Assembly: GCF_030684315.1 (NCBI RefSeq)
Contig: NC_081362.1
Location: forward strand, 97,649,323-97,713,322
Reading direction: 5' to 3'
Source of the DNA: Stegostoma tigrinum
Lineage: Eukaryota
DNA: 64,000 nt
Under the pieces are notes generated by a model, which saw only the letters and a program-made list of their open reading frames with translations, did not search any database and was not told the origin of the DNA. A program made the translations under genes and the position numbers. Positions 61,480-64,000 of the stretch are shown here, in pieces. The number at the start of each line of letters is the position of its first letter. Positions within the stretch are counted from its first letter, which is position 1.

Positions 61480-63172
61480 CCCTGTAAATACCCCAGGGAC
61501 CATTATGAACACTGATAATACTCCAGGGACAAGGATGAACACTTCAAATACCACAGGGACCATTATGAATGCTGTAAATACCCCAGGGGGCAGGGTAAAT
61601 ACCTCAGGGAGCAGGGTAAATACCCCAGGGAGCAGGGTAAATACTCCAGGGAGCAGGGTAAATACCCCAGGGAGCATGTAAATACTCCAGGGAGCAGGAT
61701 AAATACCCCAGGGAGCAGGGTAAATACTCCAGGGAGCAGGGTAAATACCTCAGGGAGCAGGGTAAATACCCCAGGGAGCAGGGTAAATACTCCAGGGAGC
61801 AGGGTAAATACCCCAGGGAGCAGGGTAAATACCCCAGAGAGCAGGGAAAATACCCCAGGGAGCAGGGAAAATACCCAGGGAACAGGGTAAATACCTCAGG
61901 GAACAGGGTAAATACCCCAAAGAGCAGGGTAAATACCCCAGGGAGCAGGGTAAATACCTCAGGGAGCAGGATAAATACCCCAGGGAGCAGGGTAAATACC
62001 TCAGGGAGCAGGGTAAATACCCCAGGGAGCAGGGTAAATACTCCAGGGAGCAGGGTAAATACCTCAGGGAGGAGGGTTAATACCCCAGGGAGCAGGGTAA
62101 ATAACCCAGGGAGCAGGGTAAATACCTCAGGGAGCAGGATAAATACCCCATGGAGCAGGGTAAATACCCCATGGAGCATGTAAATACTCCAGGGAGCAGG
62201 GTAAATACCTCAGGGAGCAGGGTAAATACTCCAGGGAGCAGGATAAATACTCCAGAGAGCAGGGTAAATACCCAGGGAGCAGGGTAAATACTCCAGGGAG
62301 CAGTATAAATACCTCAGGGAGCAGGATAAATACCCCAGGGAGCAGGGTAAATACCCCAGGGAGCATGTAAATACTCCAGGGAGCAGGGTAAATACTCCAG
62401 GGAGCAGGGTAAATACCTCAGGAAGCAGCGTAAATACCCCAGGGAGCAGGGTAAATACTCCAGGGAGCAGGGTAAATACCCCAGGGAGCAGGGTAAATAC
62501 CCCAGGGAGTATGTAAATACCTCAGGGAGCAGGGTAAATACTCCAGGGAGCAGGGTAAATACCCCAGAGAACAGGGTAAATACCCCAGGGAGCAGGGTAA
62601 GTACTCCAGGGAGCAGGGTAAATACCCCAGAGAGCAGGGAAAATACCCCAGAGAGCAGGGTAAATACCTCAGGGAGCAGGGTAAATACTCCAGGGAGCAG
62701 GGTAAATACCTCAGGGAGCAGGGTATATACCCCAGGGAGCAGGGTAAATACCCCAGGGAACGGGGTAAATACCCAGGGTACAGGGTAAATACCCCAGAGA
62801 ACAGGGCAAACCCCTGTAAATACCCCAGGGAATAGGGTAAGTCCCTGTAAATACCCCTGGGAACAGGGTAAGCCCCTGTAAATACCCCAGGGTTCAGGGT
62901 AAATACCCCAGAGAACAGGGCAAACCCCTGTAAATACCCCAGGGAATAGGGTAAGTCCCTGTAAATACCCCAGGGAACAGGGTAAGCCCCTGTAAATACC
63001 CCAGGGTACAGGGTAAATACCCCAGGGAACAGGGTAAGCCCCTGTAAATACCCCAGGGAATAGGGTAAATACCCCAGAGAACAGGGCAAACCCCTGTAAA
63101 TACCCCAGGGAATAGGGTAAGTCCCTGTAAATACCCCAGGGAACAGGGTAAGCCCCTGTAAATACCCCAGGG
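61480..63172 (+). repeat. Minisatellite of 21-bp units grading into 21/31-bp units
   Basis: gggtaaataccccagggagca; same core as 11190-12182. Confidence 0.97.
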
Positions 63173-63174
63173 TT

Positions 63175-63860
63175 TTTACAATCTTTCCTTGGTTCTAAAA
63201 TCCCTTGCTCCTGGAATCATTCCAGTAAATCTCTTTCCTTACTATTAACGCCAAGCCGATAGCTCTGCGGTTCCTGGATATTGCTTTGCCCGTTCTTCAA
63301 CCAGTGTCACATTTGCTATCCTCCCGTTCTCCGGGATTAATCATGTGTTCAGGGAGGCCTGGAAAGTTTCTGTCAAAGGCTCCATGATATGCTCCCTTAG
63401 CTCTCTCTGCAATCCGGGATGTATCCCATCTGGGCCTGGTGACTTCTCTAGCTGGCATGCTGCCAGCCCTTTCACCCCTCTTCTTTAACACCCACTGCAC
63501 TGCTCAGTTACTCAACACACATTTTTCAACTGGGCCATCGTCATCATCTGCTGATTTGGTGAAACAAGTTAAGAATTCACACAGTCCCTCGGCCACAGCC
63601 TTTGTTTCAGTGAGCAGCTCCCTCTGCTTGTTCCTTACTTACCCCACTCTATCCTTCACTCACCTTTTATCATTAAATTAATTAATGAAGAACATTTCAC
63701 TGTTTGTTTTAGCACAGCCTGCCTTCCTTCCCTCATGCTTTCTCTTCGCTTTCCTCATCCGAGCCTGAGCTTCTCTCCTGCATTTGGGATACTCTCCCTG
63801 ATTTCCATTGCTGCTTATATGTGGTGTGTGTCAGATATCTCCTTTTTGTTTCAATACCCC
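63175..63860 (-). mobile_element. Highly degenerate CR1 ORF2 fragment
   Basis: SPGPDGIHP-like coding at ~63420-63445. Confidence 0.55.
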
Positions 63861-64000
63861 AATGAGAAGGGTAAATCTCTATAAATACCCCACTGGGCTG
63901 AATGCCCCTTTGTAACTGAGCAGGGGGAACCCTGTAAATGCCCTACAGCTCCATAAATCCCTTGGGTAATGATCATCAGTGAGTTGGCCAATGAGCTCTG

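Noticed and set aside
58681-63089. Repetitive ORFs (CYSSAVTHL; LLPGVFT)
   Set aside because: Products of the 14-bp and 21-bp tandem repeats.

Overview
Repeat-dense vertebrate genomic DNA, most likely from a cartilaginous fish (shark). This is inferred from HE1-type V-SINEs, HER1/CR1 LINEs with (CTATGTT)n tails, and abundant young Penelope elements. Most of the window is transposon-derived: CR1 (one near full-length copy), L2-like LINEs, Penelope elements with hammerhead-like cores, a decayed retrovirus-like pol, a Gmr1-like gag remnant, and several minisatellites. Hidden among the repeats on the minus strand is a ~35 kb multi-exon immunoglobulin-superfamily gene that the ORF track shows only in part. 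Its exons are leader (53772-53823), V domain (49604-49945), germline-joined V-J domain (37939-38277), transmembrane exon with an intramembrane Arg (23924-24059), short cytoplasmic exon (19292-19335), and a terminal exon with two ITIM-like tyrosines (18455-18574). As assembled, the TM exon is one base too long, so the ITIM tail is cut off (287 aa, activating-type). Removing one base gives a 343 aa receptor with both a TM Arg and an ITIM pair. The model is built by hand from splice sites and phases, without transcript evidence. Repeat boundaries are approximate.
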